46,608 nt of DNA from positions 1 through 46,608 of the forward strand of contig JALELF010000017.1 in NCBI GenBank assembly GCA_022771715.1. The letters run 5' to 3'. Each line of letters opens with the position of its first letter. Position 1 is the stretch's first letter. Positions 16,368-26,352 of the stretch are shown one piece after another. The notes beneath the pieces are model-generated. The model made no database searches and was not told the DNA's origin. It worked only from the letters and a program-made list of their open reading frames with translations. Origin of the DNA: Bacillota bacterium. GTDB taxonomy: Bacteria > Bacillota_I > Bacilli_A > RF39 > UBA660. Position numbers and translations under genes: made by a program.

Positions 16368-16546
16368 ATAATCATCTCCAATAGATATTTTACCAAATTA
16401 TTACCAATTTGTCTAAAAAATATATAAATTAATCATAATAAAATGAATATTCGCAGATATTCAATGTATAGAGATGAAAAAACATCTCTTTTTCTATTTT
16501 AATATCCTTAGTTTTGTTATATAATTGTTTTAGAAAGAAGGTAATT

Positions 16547-16906
16547 ATGGACTGTATTTTTTGTAAAATAATTAATAATGAAATACCTAGTTATACTATT
16601 TATGAAGATGATATTGTTAAATGTTTTTTAGATGTTAATCCTGATTCTAATGGTCATACTTTAATTGTTCCTAAAAGACATATTAAAGATATTAATGATA
16701 TGGACAGTGAAACTTTTAATCATATTTTTAAAGTTACTAAAAAACTAAAAAATGTTCTTGAAGAAAAACTAAATATAGATGGTCTTACACTTGTCCAAAA
16801 CAATGGTGATATTCAAGAAGTAAAACACTTTCATTTACATTTAAAACCATACTATAAAAATAATGAAATAGATAGTGTAATAGATGTTTATTATAAAATA
16901 AAATAG
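16547..16906 (+). CDS. HIT-family (histidine triad) nucleotide hydrolase
   Basis: MDCIFCKIINNEIPSY... and the histidine triad HFHLHLKP. RBS AGAAAGAAGG lies upstream of the ATG at 16547. The track ORF starts earlier, at 16514. Confidence 0.85.
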   Translation: MDCIFCKIINNEIPSYTIYEDDIVKCFLDVNPDSNGHTLIVPKRHIKDINDMDSETFNHIFKVTKKLKNVLEEKLNIDGLTLVQNNGDIQEVKHFHLHLKPYYKNNEIDSVIDVYYKIK

Positions 16907-16918
16907 TTCGCAAAAGAA

Positions 16919-17236
16919 CTATTTTTTCTTGAAATTAATACTACCATCTTCATAATGTGTAACTATTACCGTTTCAGGTGTAGTACTTGGATTTAATTCA
17001 TTTAAATAATTTATATCTGCTTTAAATTCAATAGTACCATCTGTATGATGAATAATATAAGTAGGTTGATAAGTAGATTCTGGTGTTTTTGTAGGCTCTA
17101 AAGTTATAGATTTTATTGTTAATCCTTGTGTTTTAGGCATTGTAGCAACTTTATAACTATTTTTATTTTGTTTATATAAAGCGTAACCCCCTACAACAAC
17201 ACTAATACCTACTATATATGCGATTAACTTCTTCAT
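16919..17236 (-). CDS. Small membrane-anchored or secreted protein of unknown function
   Basis: Likely start MKKLIAYIVGISVVVGGYALY at 17236, preceded by GGAAGGAG. There is an internal duplication: YIIHHTDGTIEFK and VIVTHYEDGSINFK. Confidence 0.55.
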   Translation of the reverse strand: MKKLIAYIVGISVVVGGYALYKQNKNSYKVATMPKTQGLTIKSITLEPTKTPESTYQPTYIIHHTDGTIEFKADINYLNELNPSTTPETVIVTHYEDGSINFKKK

Positions 17237-17238
17237 AT

Positions 17239-17859
17239 TTATCTCCTTCCTATTCTTGATGGTGTTTGTTTTACTAAAGCATAACAATATTTGTCTTCAA
17301 TAATTCCACCATCTATTGTACAATTATTTTCTAATCTTTTATTTAAATTATATAACAATTCTATTTTGGATGATTTATCTTTATCATATTTACTTCCATA
17401 TACACCAAATATTAAATTACCATTAATGTATTCAAAGTTTTCTATATCTGTATTTAAATATGGGTTTTGTGTCATATAAGTAGTAAATGAAAAAGGACAA
17501 TCCGTAAGAATAACACCATTTTCTAGAACTTTAAATTCTTCTGGTATTATTATTCTACCACCATCAAGTGATTTTGTATATGGTGTAATCATAGCAGTTG
17601 ACATATCAGAAGAAACTATAGTGTCATATCTTCCTTTGCCTATTTCGACAGCATCGCCATTTTCATATTCAGCTTTCATATCTAATAATAAAAGTTTATA
17701 AAGTTTTGCTGCTTTTTGTCTTAATTTTACCCATTCTGAAAGTGTTTTCAAATAAACATCAAAATGAATATTTTCAACTTTTTCGTCAGTTGCGCTTTCA
17801 AATTGTTTGATTACTTTAATCATATACTCATCACTTACATCAATATAATTACCGTTCAT
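17239..17859 (-). CDS. Hypothetical cytoplasmic protein (206 aa)
   Basis: Best start is MNGNYIDV at 17859, preceded by GAGGGGG. I recognised no motif. Confidence 0.55.
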   Translation of the reverse strand: MNGNYIDVSDEYMIKVIKQFESATDEKVENIHFDVYLKTLSEWVKLRQKAAKLYKLLLLDMKAEYENGDAVEIGKGRYDTIVSSDMSTAMITPYTKSLDGGRIIIPEEFKVLENGVILTDCPFSFTTYMTQNPYLNTDIENFEYINGNLIFGVYGSKYDKDKSSKIELLYNLNKRLENNCTIDGGIIEDKYCYALVKQTPSRIGRR

Positions 17860-17952
17860 AAAAATCCCCCTCAAATTAGCGTATATATTACCACATACTA
17901 ATAATAAAGTCAAATTTGTTATTTTAATTTATTTATTGTATAATTGAACTAG

Positions 17953-18297
17953 TTGGAGATGATTGTTTTGAAAGAAAGCAAAAATATAGAAAAAGTTAGA
18001 AAAAATATGCCTAATTATAATACTATAACTGATTTATCTGATTTTTTTAAAATATTGGGAGATAGTACAAGACTCCAAATATTAATGGCTTTAGAGCAAA
18101 GTGAATTATGTGTTAGTGAATTATCCCATCTTTTAAATATGACTATATCAGCTATATCTCATCAATTAAAATCTTTAAAGAATGCTAAATTAGTTAAATT
18201 AAGAAAAGAAGGAAAAACCGTTTTTTATTCACTAGATGATGATCATATAAATAAATTGTTAAAAGTATCTTTTGAACATATAATAGAAAAAGTTTAA
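17953..18297 (+). CDS. ArsR/SmtB-family winged-helix transcriptional regulator
   Basis: LGDSTRLQILMALEQSELCVSELSHLLNMTISAISHQLKSLKNAKLVKLRKEGKTVFYSL. The start is ambiguous (TTG 17953, ATG 17959 or TTG 17968). Confidence 0.8.
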   Translation: MEMIVLKESKNIEKVRKNMPNYNTITDLSDFFKILGDSTRLQILMALEQSELCVSELSHLLNMTISAISHQLKSLKNAKLVKLRKEGKTVFYSLDDDHINKLLKVSFEHIIEKV

Positions 18298-18316
18298 GAT
18301 TATCTTAAACTTTTTT
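18292..18316 (+). terminator. Terminator hairpin shared by the convergent ArsR gene and the 100-aa gene
   Basis: GTTTAAG-attat-CTTAAAC followed by TTTTTT. The reverse strand also ends in a T-run. Confidence 0.55.
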
Positions 18317-18617
18317 ACATATTTTTTAACTCTTCTTTTACTTTATCAATATTTTTATTAGTTAGTTTTAATACACACTCATTATCTATCATCATATCCA
18401 TTTTTTCTTTGTTTTCTTTCATATATTTATCAATAAATTCTAAGTAATCTTTTTTCACTTTCAATTCTTTTTTTAATTTAGAATAGCTATTTTTTTTAAA
18501 CATACTTTTTATTTTATCAAAAAGTGATTTATTAGATTCGTCTAATGTCTTTTCTAAATACCTAACTTCTAATTTTAATTTCATTTTTTGATTAACTAAA
18601 AGAATTCCTAATTTCAT
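18315..18617 (-). CDS. Hypothetical Lys/Glu-rich coiled-coil protein (100 aa)
   Basis: Track ORF directly downstream of the dCMP deaminase gene. I recognised no motif. Confidence 0.45.
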   Translation of the reverse strand: MKLGILLVNQKMKLKLEVRYLEKTLDESNKSLFDKIKSMFKKNSYSKLKKELKVKKDYLEFIDKYMKENKEKMDMMIDNECVLKLTNKNIDKVKEELKNM

Positions 18618-18618
18618 A

Positions 18619-19104
18619 TTATATCTCTATTTCTATTTTTTTATTGCTTAAACTATAGTTTCTGTAAGTTACTCCACACATATCACATAGTTTTTTTGAA
18701 GCAATAACAGCTTCTGTATCTGCGTATTTATCAGATAAATATATAATTTCTTTAATACCCGCTTGAATTATTTCTTTAGCACACTCATTACAAGGAAATA
18801 AATCAACATAAATTTTAGAATTTTCTAAATCATGTCTATTTCCTCTGAAGTTTAAAATAGCATTTCTTTCTGCGTGCACAACATACAAATATTTGGTTTC
18901 AAGGGGAGTCCCTACTCTTTCCCAAGGAAAAGCATTGTCATCAAAACCATTAGGTGCCCCATTATAACCAATTGATAATATTCTATTATCTTTACTTACA
19001 ATACAAGCTCCAACTTGTGTAGATGGGTCTTTACTTCTTTTAGAAGCTAAAATAGCTACTGCCATGAAGTATTCATCCCAGCTAATATAATCTTCTCTTT
19101 TCAT
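18619..19104 (-). CDS. comEB: dCMP deaminase (ComEB-type cytidine/deoxycytidylate deaminase)
   Basis: Zinc motifs HAERNAI and PCNECAKEI. The start MKREDYISWDEYFM at 19104 is preceded by AGGAGGT, which avoids overlap with polC. Confidence 0.85.
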   Translation of the reverse strand: MKREDYISWDEYFMAVAILASKRSKDPSTQVGACIVSKDNRILSIGYNGAPNGFDDNAFPWERVGTPLETKYLYVVHAERNAILNFRGNRHDLENSKIYVDLFPCNECAKEIIQAGIKEIIYLSDKYADTEAVIASKKLCDMCGVTYRNYSLSNKKIEIEI

Positions 19105-19111
19105 ATACCTC

Positions 19112-22100
19112 CTAAAATAACGATAATTGACTAGATTCTGGCATTCCATCTAAAATATGCATTAAACGCATTTTATCTATTAATGTTTGTGATATTTTAG
19201 CTCTTTTGCCTAAATCTTCAATACTTATAAATTCGCCTTTTTCTCTTTCTTCTACTATATTTTTAGCAACTGTATCACCTAAACCATCAATAGACGCAAA
19301 TGGTGGATATATTGATGTATCATCTTTTACATCCCATATCGTTGCATTACTTTTATAAATTTCGATTGGAACAAATTTAATTCCTCTAGCGGTTGCCTCT
19401 AAGCATACCTTTAAACTTTCTAATTGTCCTTGTTCTTTGTTAGTAGCTTCATATCCTTTGTTTATTATTTCTTCTATTTTTGCTTTAATAGCGTCATATC
19501 CCTGCATCATTACTTCTACATCTACTGCGGTTGCTTTTGATGTTAACCAAGAAGCATAAAAGTAAACAGGCATGTGTACTTTATACCAAGCAATTCTAAA
19601 TGCTGAAATTACATAAGCTGCAGCATGAGCTTTAGGGAACATGTATTTTATTTTTTCGCAAGAATTAATAAACCACTCATCTATACCAGCATCTATCATA
19701 GTTTGTTTATGATCTTTCCAAGCATCTGGTTCTTTACTTGCTTTACCTTTCCTTACAAATTCCATTATTTTGAATGCTTTAATTGGTTTTACACCATGAT
19801 ACATTAAGTAAACCATAATATCATCACGACACCCAATAACCTCTTTAAATGGAACTATATTATTTTTTATCAATTCTTGAGCATTACCTAACCATACATC
19901 AGTACCGTGTGATAAACCAGATATCTTAATTAATTCGGCAAAGGTAGTTGGTTTTGTTTCAGCAACCATTCCTATTGTAAATGGTGTTCCAAATTCGGGA
20001 ATACCTAAAGTACCAGTTGGACACATTATTTGTTCATTAGTAACGCCTAGTGCTTTAGTTGATGTAAAAATACTCATTGTTTCTTTATCATCTAATGGAA
20101 CGGTTAAAATATCCATTTTTGTCAAGTCTTGAATCATTCTAAGTTGTGTTGGATCAGAGTGACCTAAAATATCTAGTTTTAACAAATCTTGGTCGATGGC
20201 ATGATAATCAAAGTGAGTAGTTCGCCATGGACTTGTGACATCATCAGCTGGGAATTGGAACGGTGTAAAATCAGATACTTCCATATAATCTGGTACAACC
20301 ACTATTCCTCCTGGGTGCTGACCAGTTGTTCTTTTAACACCAGTACATCCTATTGCTAAACGTTCTATTTCAGCAGTTCTCATAGTTATTCCTTTATCTT
20401 CACAGTATCCTTTAACAAAGCCATAAGCTGTTTTGTCTGCTACTGTACCTATTGTTCCTGCTCTATACACATTATCAACTCCGAAAAGCACTTTAGTATA
20501 TTCATGAGCTGATGCTTGATTTAAATCAGAAAAGTTTAAATCTATATCTGGTACTTTGTCAGCATTAAATCCTAAGAAAGTTGCGAAAGGCATATCTTGT
20601 CCATCTTTATACATTCTCTCACCACAATTAGGGCACATTTTATCAGGTAAATCAAAACCACTTGAATACGTAGCACCTAAAGGATTACCTTCTTCATCAT
20701 TAAAAATGCTAGTTTTGCATTTTAAACAACGATAGTGTGCTGGTAATGGATTTACTTCTGTTATTCCCATCATGGTTGCTACAAAGCTTGAACCAACTGA
20801 ACCACGGGAACCAACTAAATAACCATCATCATTAGAGTGTTTAACAAGTCTTTGGGCAATTAAGTAAATAGGATCAAATCCGCCACCAATTATTCCACCT
20901 AATTCTTTTTTCATTTTCTTTTCTAATGTTTTTTCGTTTAATTCACCATCTTCTTCTTGCCACTTACTCTTTAAATATTCTTTTAATAATTCTTTAACTG
21001 AATCAAATCCTTCTAAAATAACTTTATGAACATTTTTAAATATTTCTTTCTCTAATTCTTCATTAGATATGTCTGGATTAGCTTCTTTTATCTTATCATT
21101 AAAGCATCTATAAACTATATCTCCATAAAGTTCTTTAGCAATTCTTTCTTCAATATTAAATGGTAAATTATCTCCATACCAAAGACTAGCTTTTTCATAT
21201 ACTAAGTCAGTAACTACTCTTGGACAATCTAAGTAAGATGTACCATCATCACTTTTTACACGTGGTGAAAAAGGAATACCACCTGTATCAATAATTACTT
21301 CTATTATATCAACCATATCTAGTACTTTATTAGTATTAGTAACTACTATTTCATAAGCCAAATCTTTATCTAAAAAGCTAAAGTTTTCTAGCATTTCATT
21401 AGTTGTTCTAAAGTGAAGACTTGGAATATTTGTAATACTATTTTTAGCTAAAGGATGTCTTCCTCCACCCGGAACTTTTTGATTAACAATTATTTCTCTA
21501 TAGATTTTATCTTCTTTATAGAAGTGATGAACATCTCCTGTAGCGACAATTATTTTTCCAGCTTCTTTAGTTGCGTCAATAACTTTCTTTATATGATTTC
21601 TTACTTCAACTATATTTCCAAAATCACTTGTTTGAATTAAATGATCATAGGCATCTGGTGGTTGAACCTCAACATAATCGTAGAAATTAATTATATTAGT
21701 TAATTCTTGACCTTCTTTACTTCTAGCTTCATTAAATACTTCACTTTCATAACAACCACTACCTATTAGTAATCCTTCTCTAAGTTCATTTAATTTACTT
21801 CTTAGAATACGTGGTGTTTTATATAAATAAACTGTATTAGCTAAAGAAATAATTTTAAATAAATTTTTAAGTCCTACTTTATTTTTAGCAATTATATTAA
21901 AATGAAAAGTTCTACCAAATTTATATATTTCATCTTTTGGTATTAATTTTTCTAAATCACTTATTCTAGTAAGTTTTTGCTGAATTAATTTTTGACACAT
22001 TTTATGAAATACATAAGCAGTTCCTTCAGCATCGTAATCAGCTCTATGGTGTGCATCTTCTTCCCAAGGCACATTATATCTTTTAACAAGCGCTGATAAA

Positions 22101-23761
22101 CTATGTCTAGCATATCCTTGGTCAAGTGCTCTAGATAGTTCTAATGTATCAATTACAGTATTTTTGAATTCACCTAGATTATGTTTTTTCATAGAAGCTT
22201 CTATAAATGAAATATCAAATTTAGCATTATGAGCTACCATTGGTAAATCACCAGTCCACTCTAAAAAGCTTCTAGTTACTTCTTCTTCGTTTCTTTTTCC
22301 TCTAACCATTTCATCAGTTATACAAGTTAAATCAATTATTTTTTGTGGTAATGGTCTAAATGGATCAATCAGTTCATCAAATCTATCAATTATTTCACCA
22401 TTACAAATTTTGACCGCACCTATTTCAATCATTTGGTCAACGCCACCAGCATTAAAGCCAGTTGTTTCAGTATCAAATACCACAAAAGTTGTTTCTTTTA
22501 AAGGTAAATCACTTTTTCTGACAACAATATTTACAGTATCATCTACTAGGGTTAATTCTGTTCCATATAATCCTTTAAAATATTTACTAGGATCATCCTG
22601 TTTTTTATTATATTTAGTTATTATTGAATAAGCTATAGGGAATGCTTGACAACCATTATGGTCAGTGATTGCGACTCCTCTATATCCCATTTCTATAGCT
22701 TTTGATACTAATTCGCATGTATGCTCTCCTAAATCAAGTTTAGTAACTCCATCCATTTGGCTCATCATAGTATGAGCATGAAGCTCTACTCTTTTTTGAG
22801 GAGCATCATCGACTAATTTATTTTCTTCTTTTTCTAGAGTATTTATATCTCTTATTGTAAAAGTTAATTCTTTAGAATAAGCATCATCTTTAACGTTTCC
22901 TTTTAATAAATACCATTTATTTTTCTTAATACTACCTTTTATTTTGTCTAATTCTTCTTTAGTATTTACAAACATTTTAGCATACATACTATCTGTGTAG
23001 TCTGTTATTTTAAGAGTAATTATTTTTAAATCTGTTTTAGTATCTCTTATGTCTATATCAGCAAATACATAAGCTTCTACTACTACATTATTACAAGCAC
23101 TATTGATGTTTTTAATTAAAGTGATATCTTCTTTTATTTCCATTCCAAGGATTACATTAGGTTTATCTTCTGTAATTCTTGGTTTTCTTTCAAAATTGAA
23201 ACTCTTTTTAGGCGGTTCTTCTATATGTACTTCATGTGGGATATTTATATTATCAACACTTAAACTTTGATTAATTAAATCATCTACTTCTTTATTTTCT
23301 TTGTGAACTATTTTAGGCTCTACTGTTACACTATAACCCTTTTCCATTAGATATTTAGACAATCCTGCTTTTATTTCATTTACTTTATTAGATAAAAGTA
23401 TACTATCTACTTCTAATATTAAGTAATTATTTTCTAAGTAAGGTTTTATTTCTTTTAAGTTTTCGATAAAAAAGCTTTTATCGTCTAAATTATTCAAGAA
23501 ATTAAAATAATAGTCTTCTATATATTTCATTTCTTTTACTTTAAGACTTAATTCTATATTGTCTACATCTTTAAAAGTATTTTTCAATAAATCATTAAAT
23601 TCTATATAAATGTTATAAGGTAAATTACTGTTTAATTCTAAATTGAATATATACTTATTTTCAATATGAATTATTTTATCTAATATACCATTTTTAAAAT
23701 ATGGTAAGTATTCTTCTTTTATGTTTATTTTTTTTAATAGTGCTTCTAAATAATTATTCAT
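19112..23761 (-). CDS. polC: DNA polymerase III alpha subunit, PolC type (1549 aa)
   Basis: PHP motif ELHAHTMMSQMDG. Exonuclease motifs FVVFDTETTGF, HNAKFDISF and HRADYDAEG. Zinc finger CLKC...CPNC. Also PDIDLNF, GQHPGG and the C-terminal QLSLF. Confidence 0.95.
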   Translation of the reverse strand: MNNYLEALLKKINIKEEYLPYFKNGILDKIIHIENKYIFNLELNSNLPYNIYIEFNDLLKNTFKDVDNIELSLKVKEMKYIEDYYFNFLNNLDDKSFFIENLKEIKPYLENNYLILEVDSILLSNKVNEIKAGLSKYLMEKGYSVTVEPKIVHKENKEVDDLINQSLSVDNINIPHEVHIEEPPKKSFNFERKPRITEDKPNVILGMEIKEDITLIKNINSACNNVVVEAYVFADIDIRDTKTDLKIITLKITDYTDSMYAKMFVNTKEELDKIKGSIKKNKWYLLKGNVKDDAYSKELTFTIRDINTLEKEENKLVDDAPQKRVELHAHTMMSQMDGVTKLDLGEHTCELVSKAIEMGYRGVAITDHNGCQAFPIAYSIITKYNKKQDDPSKYFKGLYGTELTLVDDTVNIVVRKSDLPLKETTFVVFDTETTGFNAGGVDQMIEIGAVKICNGEIIDRFDELIDPFRPLPQKIIDLTCITDEMVRGKRNEEEVTRSFLEWTGDLPMVAHNAKFDISFIEASMKKHNLGEFKNTVIDTLELSRALDQGYARHSLSALVKRYNVPWEEDAHHRADYDAEGTAYVFHKMCQKLIQQKLTRISDLEKLIPKDEIYKFGRTFHFNIIAKNKVGLKNLFKIISLANTVYLYKTPRILRSKLNELREGLLIGSGCYESEVFNEARSKEGQELTNIINFYDYVEVQPPDAYDHLIQTSDFGNIVEVRNHIKKVIDATKEAGKIIVATGDVHHFYKEDKIYREIIVNQKVPGGGRHPLAKNSITNIPSLHFRTTNEMLENFSFLDKDLAYEIVVTNTNKVLDMVDIIEVIIDTGGIPFSPRVKSDDGTSYLDCPRVVTDLVYEKASLWYGDNLPFNIEERIAKELYGDIVYRCFNDKIKEANPDISNEELEKEIFKNVHKVILEGFDSVKELLKEYLKSKWQEEDGELNEKTLEKKMKKELGGIIGGGFDPIYLIAQRLVKHSNDDGYLVGSRGSVGSSFVATMMGITEVNPLPAHYRCLKCKTSIFNDEEGNPLGATYSSGFDLPDKMCPNCGERMYKDGQDMPFATFLGFNADKVPDIDLNFSDLNQASAHEYTKVLFGVDNVYRAGTIGTVADKTAYGFVKGYCEDKGITMRTAEIERLAIGCTGVKRTTGQHPGGIVVVPDYMEVSDFTPFQFPADDVTSPWRTTHFDYHAIDQDLLKLDILGHSDPTQLRMIQDLTKMDILTVPLDDKETMSIFTSTKALGVTNEQIMCPTGTLGIPEFGTPFTIGMVAETKPTTFAELIKISGLSHGTDVWLGNAQELIKNNIVPFKEVIGCRDDIMVYLMYHGVKPIKAFKIMEFVRKGKASKEPDAWKDHKQTMIDAGIDEWFINSCEKIKYMFPKAHAAAYVISAFRIAWYKVHMPVYFYASWLTSKATAVDVEVMMQGYDAIKAKIEEIINKGYEATNKEQGQLESLKVCLEATARGIKFVPIEIYKSNATIWDVKDDTSIYPPFASIDGLGDTVAKNIVEEREKGEFISIEDLGKRAKISQTLIDKMRLMHILDGMPESSQLSLF

Positions 23762-23871
23762 ATTTTACCTCATCAACTTTCTTAAATAATTATATCATTT
23801 AGAAGTAATAAAATAAAGAAAAAACTTGAATTTACTTCTATTAAATTATATAATTAATATGAGGTGAATAT

Positions 23872-24297
23872 ATGAAGAAATTATATTTCATGTTAGCTTT
23901 TTTGTTATTAGTTTGTGGGTGTGAAAAAAAGAATAACAGTTTAGAATGTTCTATCAATAATGATGTAGATTTATATAGTAATAGTGTAGTAATTAAAGTA
24001 AATGATGATAGTATTATAATTGAACAGTCTTTTAATGTTAGAGATGAATTTAAGGAATTAGTTGGTGATTCTTTATTTGATTCTGTTATTGAAAGCTATA
24101 CTTTGTTTGACAAAGATAGTATTAAAGTAGATAGTAAAAAGTCAGATAATGGTTTTAACGTTAATATCAAAATTGATAAAACTAAAATGAATGATGACGC
24201 TAAAAATGATATTATTAGTTTATTTAATATTGATACTAATAAGAATATTGATGAAATTAAAAAGTCTTTAGAGACTGATGGATATACGTGCAAATAA
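23872..24297 (+). CDS. Small lipoprotein of unknown function
   Basis: Signal peptide with lipobox MKKLYFMLAFLLLVCGC. RBS GAGGTG upstream. Confidence 0.65.
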   Translation: MKKLYFMLAFLLLVCGCEKKNNSLECSINNDVDLYSNSVVIKVNDDSIIIEQSFNVRDEFKELVGDSLFDSVIESYTLFDKDSIKVDSKKSDNGFNVNIKIDKTKMNDDAKNDIISLFNIDTNKNIDEIKKSLETDGYTCK

Positions 24298-24325
24298 AAA
24301 TGTTAGATTTTCTAACATTTTTTTA
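24296..24325. terminator. Bidirectional terminator between the lipoprotein gene and ligA
   Basis: AAAAA-TGTTAGA-ttt-TCTAACA-TTTTTTT. Confidence 0.7.
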
Positions 24326-24508
24326 TTCTTTTATCATTTCTAATAAAGTTTCTTCACTTATTATTTCAATTCCTAATTCTTTTGCCTTTACATTTTTACT
24401 AGATGTAGAATTAATATCATTATTTATCAAATAATTTACTTTATTAGAAATAGCTTTTACTACTTTGCCACCATTTTCTTATATATATTCTACTAATTTA
24501 TCTCTATT
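24323..24508 (-). pseudogene. ligA: ligA BRCT-domain coding remnant. It is in frame with ligA but separated from it by two TAA codons.
   Basis: My translation continuing in the ligA frame reads ...GSLNHF*NRDKLVEYI*ENGGKVVKAISNKVNYLINNDINSTSSKNVKAKELGIEIISEETLLEMIKE*. The internal stops are at 24509-24511 and 24479-24481. The GGKV...S.K..YL......SK..KA.ELGI pattern is the LigA BRCT domain. Confidence 0.7.
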
Positions 24509-26272
24509 TTAAAAATGATTTAAGCTTCCTGTAATAACAAATGATAAACCATTTAATATCTTGTTTTTTTCTAATGATGTTTTAGGAATATTTATTTCTT
24601 GTTTTAATTCTTCTAGTTCTTTTAAGAATATTGGATTGGAAAACTCTAACTCCCATTCTTTAGCAATAATTTCTCCTACTCCAACAATTTTACTCAATTC
24701 ATCAAAAGATAAATTGCATATTTTTTCAAAATCATTGTTAAAATGATTGCATATTAATTTTGCTCTAGAAAAACCAATATCAGGAATACCTAATGAATAA
24801 ATAAAGTTAGCTAATTTTACATTTCTAGATTTTTCAATAGATTCTATCATATTGTTATATGACTTTTCACCAAATCCCTCAAAGTTAATTATTTTTTCTT
24901 TATATCTATCTAAACGATATAAATCAGCATAACTTTTTACCAAACCTTCATCAATTAATTTACTTAAAATAGCATCTGATATTCCATCAATATTCATAGC
25001 ATTTCTACTTACAAATAAGCTTAATCTTTTTAAAAGTTTTGCAAAACAAAATTCATTAACACAATATAAATATTCTACATCATTAGTTTCTATAATTTCT
25101 GTTTTTTCACCACAAACAGGACAAGTTTTAGGAATAACAAGATTATTACTTTTAGTATCATTACTAGCAACCTGTGGAATAATCATATTTGCTTTATATA
25201 CGTTTATAGTATCTCCTATTCCCAGTTTTAATCCTTTTAAGATTGATACATTATGAAGAGATGCTCTACTAACTATTGTTCCTTCTAACTCTACTGGTTC
25301 AAAAACTGCGACAGGATTAATTAATCCTGTTCTGGAGGCCATCCAATCTACTTCTTTTAAAGTAGTAGCTGCTGTTTCATCTTTCCATTTAAAAGCAATT
25401 GAATGTTTAGGATATTTGGCAGTACTACCTAAACTATTTCCATATTTTATATCATTATATGTTAAAACTAAACCATCTGATGGTATATCATAACTTTTTA
25501 CTTTTTCTTTAAATTCTAAAACTTTTTCTTCTATTGTATCTTTAGTTACTTTAAAGTGTTCAACTACTTCAAATCCTAACGTTCTTAACCATTCAAAGCA
25601 TTCGCTTTTTAAATTAGGTATATTATCTGCTTCTATTAAAGCAAATATAATACAGTTAACACATCTTTCAGCAGTTACACTACTATCTAATTGTCTAACA
25701 GATCCAGAACATAAATTTCTAGGATTTTTATATTGAAAAGAATCGTCTTTTACTTCTTCATTCATTCTTTTAAAATCAGAATATTTTATTATGGCTTCAC
25801 CTCTAACTACTAGTCTTCCTTTATAAGGAATAGTTAATGGAACATTTTTAAATTGTTTTACGTTTTCTGTAACAACTTCGCCAATAAGACCTGTACCTCT
25901 TGTTACTCCACTAACTAGTTTACCCATTTCATAAGTTAAAACTATAGTTAAACCATCTAATTTCCATGATAACAAACCTTCTTTATCACCAAGGAAGCTT
26001 GCTAATTCTGAAACTTGTTTAGTCTTAGATAATGATAACATAGGGGCTGGATGTTCTACTTGTTTTAAAGAACTAGATATTTCTGGTTCTACATTAATTG
26101 TCGGGCTATTAGAAAGTACCATATTTGTTTCTTCCTCAAGTACAACAAGTTCATCATATAATTTATCATACTCATAATCAGTCATAATTGAAGTACTTTT
26201 TTGATAATATGATTCGGAAGCTTTATTAAGTATTTGTATTAATTCTTTCATTCTATTTATCTTGTTTTCCAT
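24509..26272 (-). CDS. ligA: NAD-dependent DNA ligase LigA, terminating at the start of the BRCT domain (587 aa as encoded)
   Basis: The start MENKINRMKELIQ at 26272 is preceded by AAGGAG. Adenylation motif WKLDG, Zn finger CPVCGEKTE...C, and HhH region. The ORF ends ...GLSFVITGSLNHF*. Confidence 0.9.
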   Translation of the reverse strand: MENKINRMKELIQILNKASESYYQKSTSIMTDYEYDKLYDELVVLEEETNMVLSNSPTINVEPEISSSLKQVEHPAPMLSLSKTKQVSELASFLGDKEGLLSWKLDGLTIVLTYEMGKLVSGVTRGTGLIGEVVTENVKQFKNVPLTIPYKGRLVVRGEAIIKYSDFKRMNEEVKDDSFQYKNPRNLCSGSVRQLDSSVTAERCVNCIIFALIEADNIPNLKSECFEWLRTLGFEVVEHFKVTKDTIEEKVLEFKEKVKSYDIPSDGLVLTYNDIKYGNSLGSTAKYPKHSIAFKWKDETAATTLKEVDWMASRTGLINPVAVFEPVELEGTIVSRASLHNVSILKGLKLGIGDTINVYKANMIIPQVASNDTKSNNLVIPKTCPVCGEKTEIIETNDVEYLYCVNEFCFAKLLKRLSLFVSRNAMNIDGISDAILSKLIDEGLVKSYADLYRLDRYKEKIINFEGFGEKSYNNMIESIEKSRNVKLANFIYSLGIPDIGFSRAKLICNHFNNDFEKICNLSFDELSKIVGVGEIIAKEWELEFSNPIFLKELEELKQEINIPKTSLEKNKILNGLSFVITGSLNHF

Positions 26273-26352
26273 ATTTTGCTCCTTTATTTTTACTTCTATT
26301 AAAATTATATCATTTCTTGCTTTATTTTTCATTAACTTATTTATTTTTTAAC

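Noticed and set aside
16470-16493. Plus-strand terminator-like hairpin (AGAGATG-a6-CATCTCT followed by TTTT) in the divergent sufC/HIT intergenic region, with no upstream plus-strand gene. It could be a small RNA or a leader attenuator.
   Set aside because: I can find only a weak promoter-like sequence upstream. The element is short and AT-rich, and I have no conservation or expression data. I cannot support it as an RNA gene.
24479-24511. Possibility that TAA is reassigned or read through genome-wide, which would explain the ligA internal stops
   Set aside because: TAA is the terminator of many well-delimited genes in this window, for example the XRE gene, the GtrA-like gene and the three-gene operon. 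Long genes such as polC and relA contain no internal TAA. A global reassignment is therefore not supported. Local read-through cannot be excluded from sequence alone.
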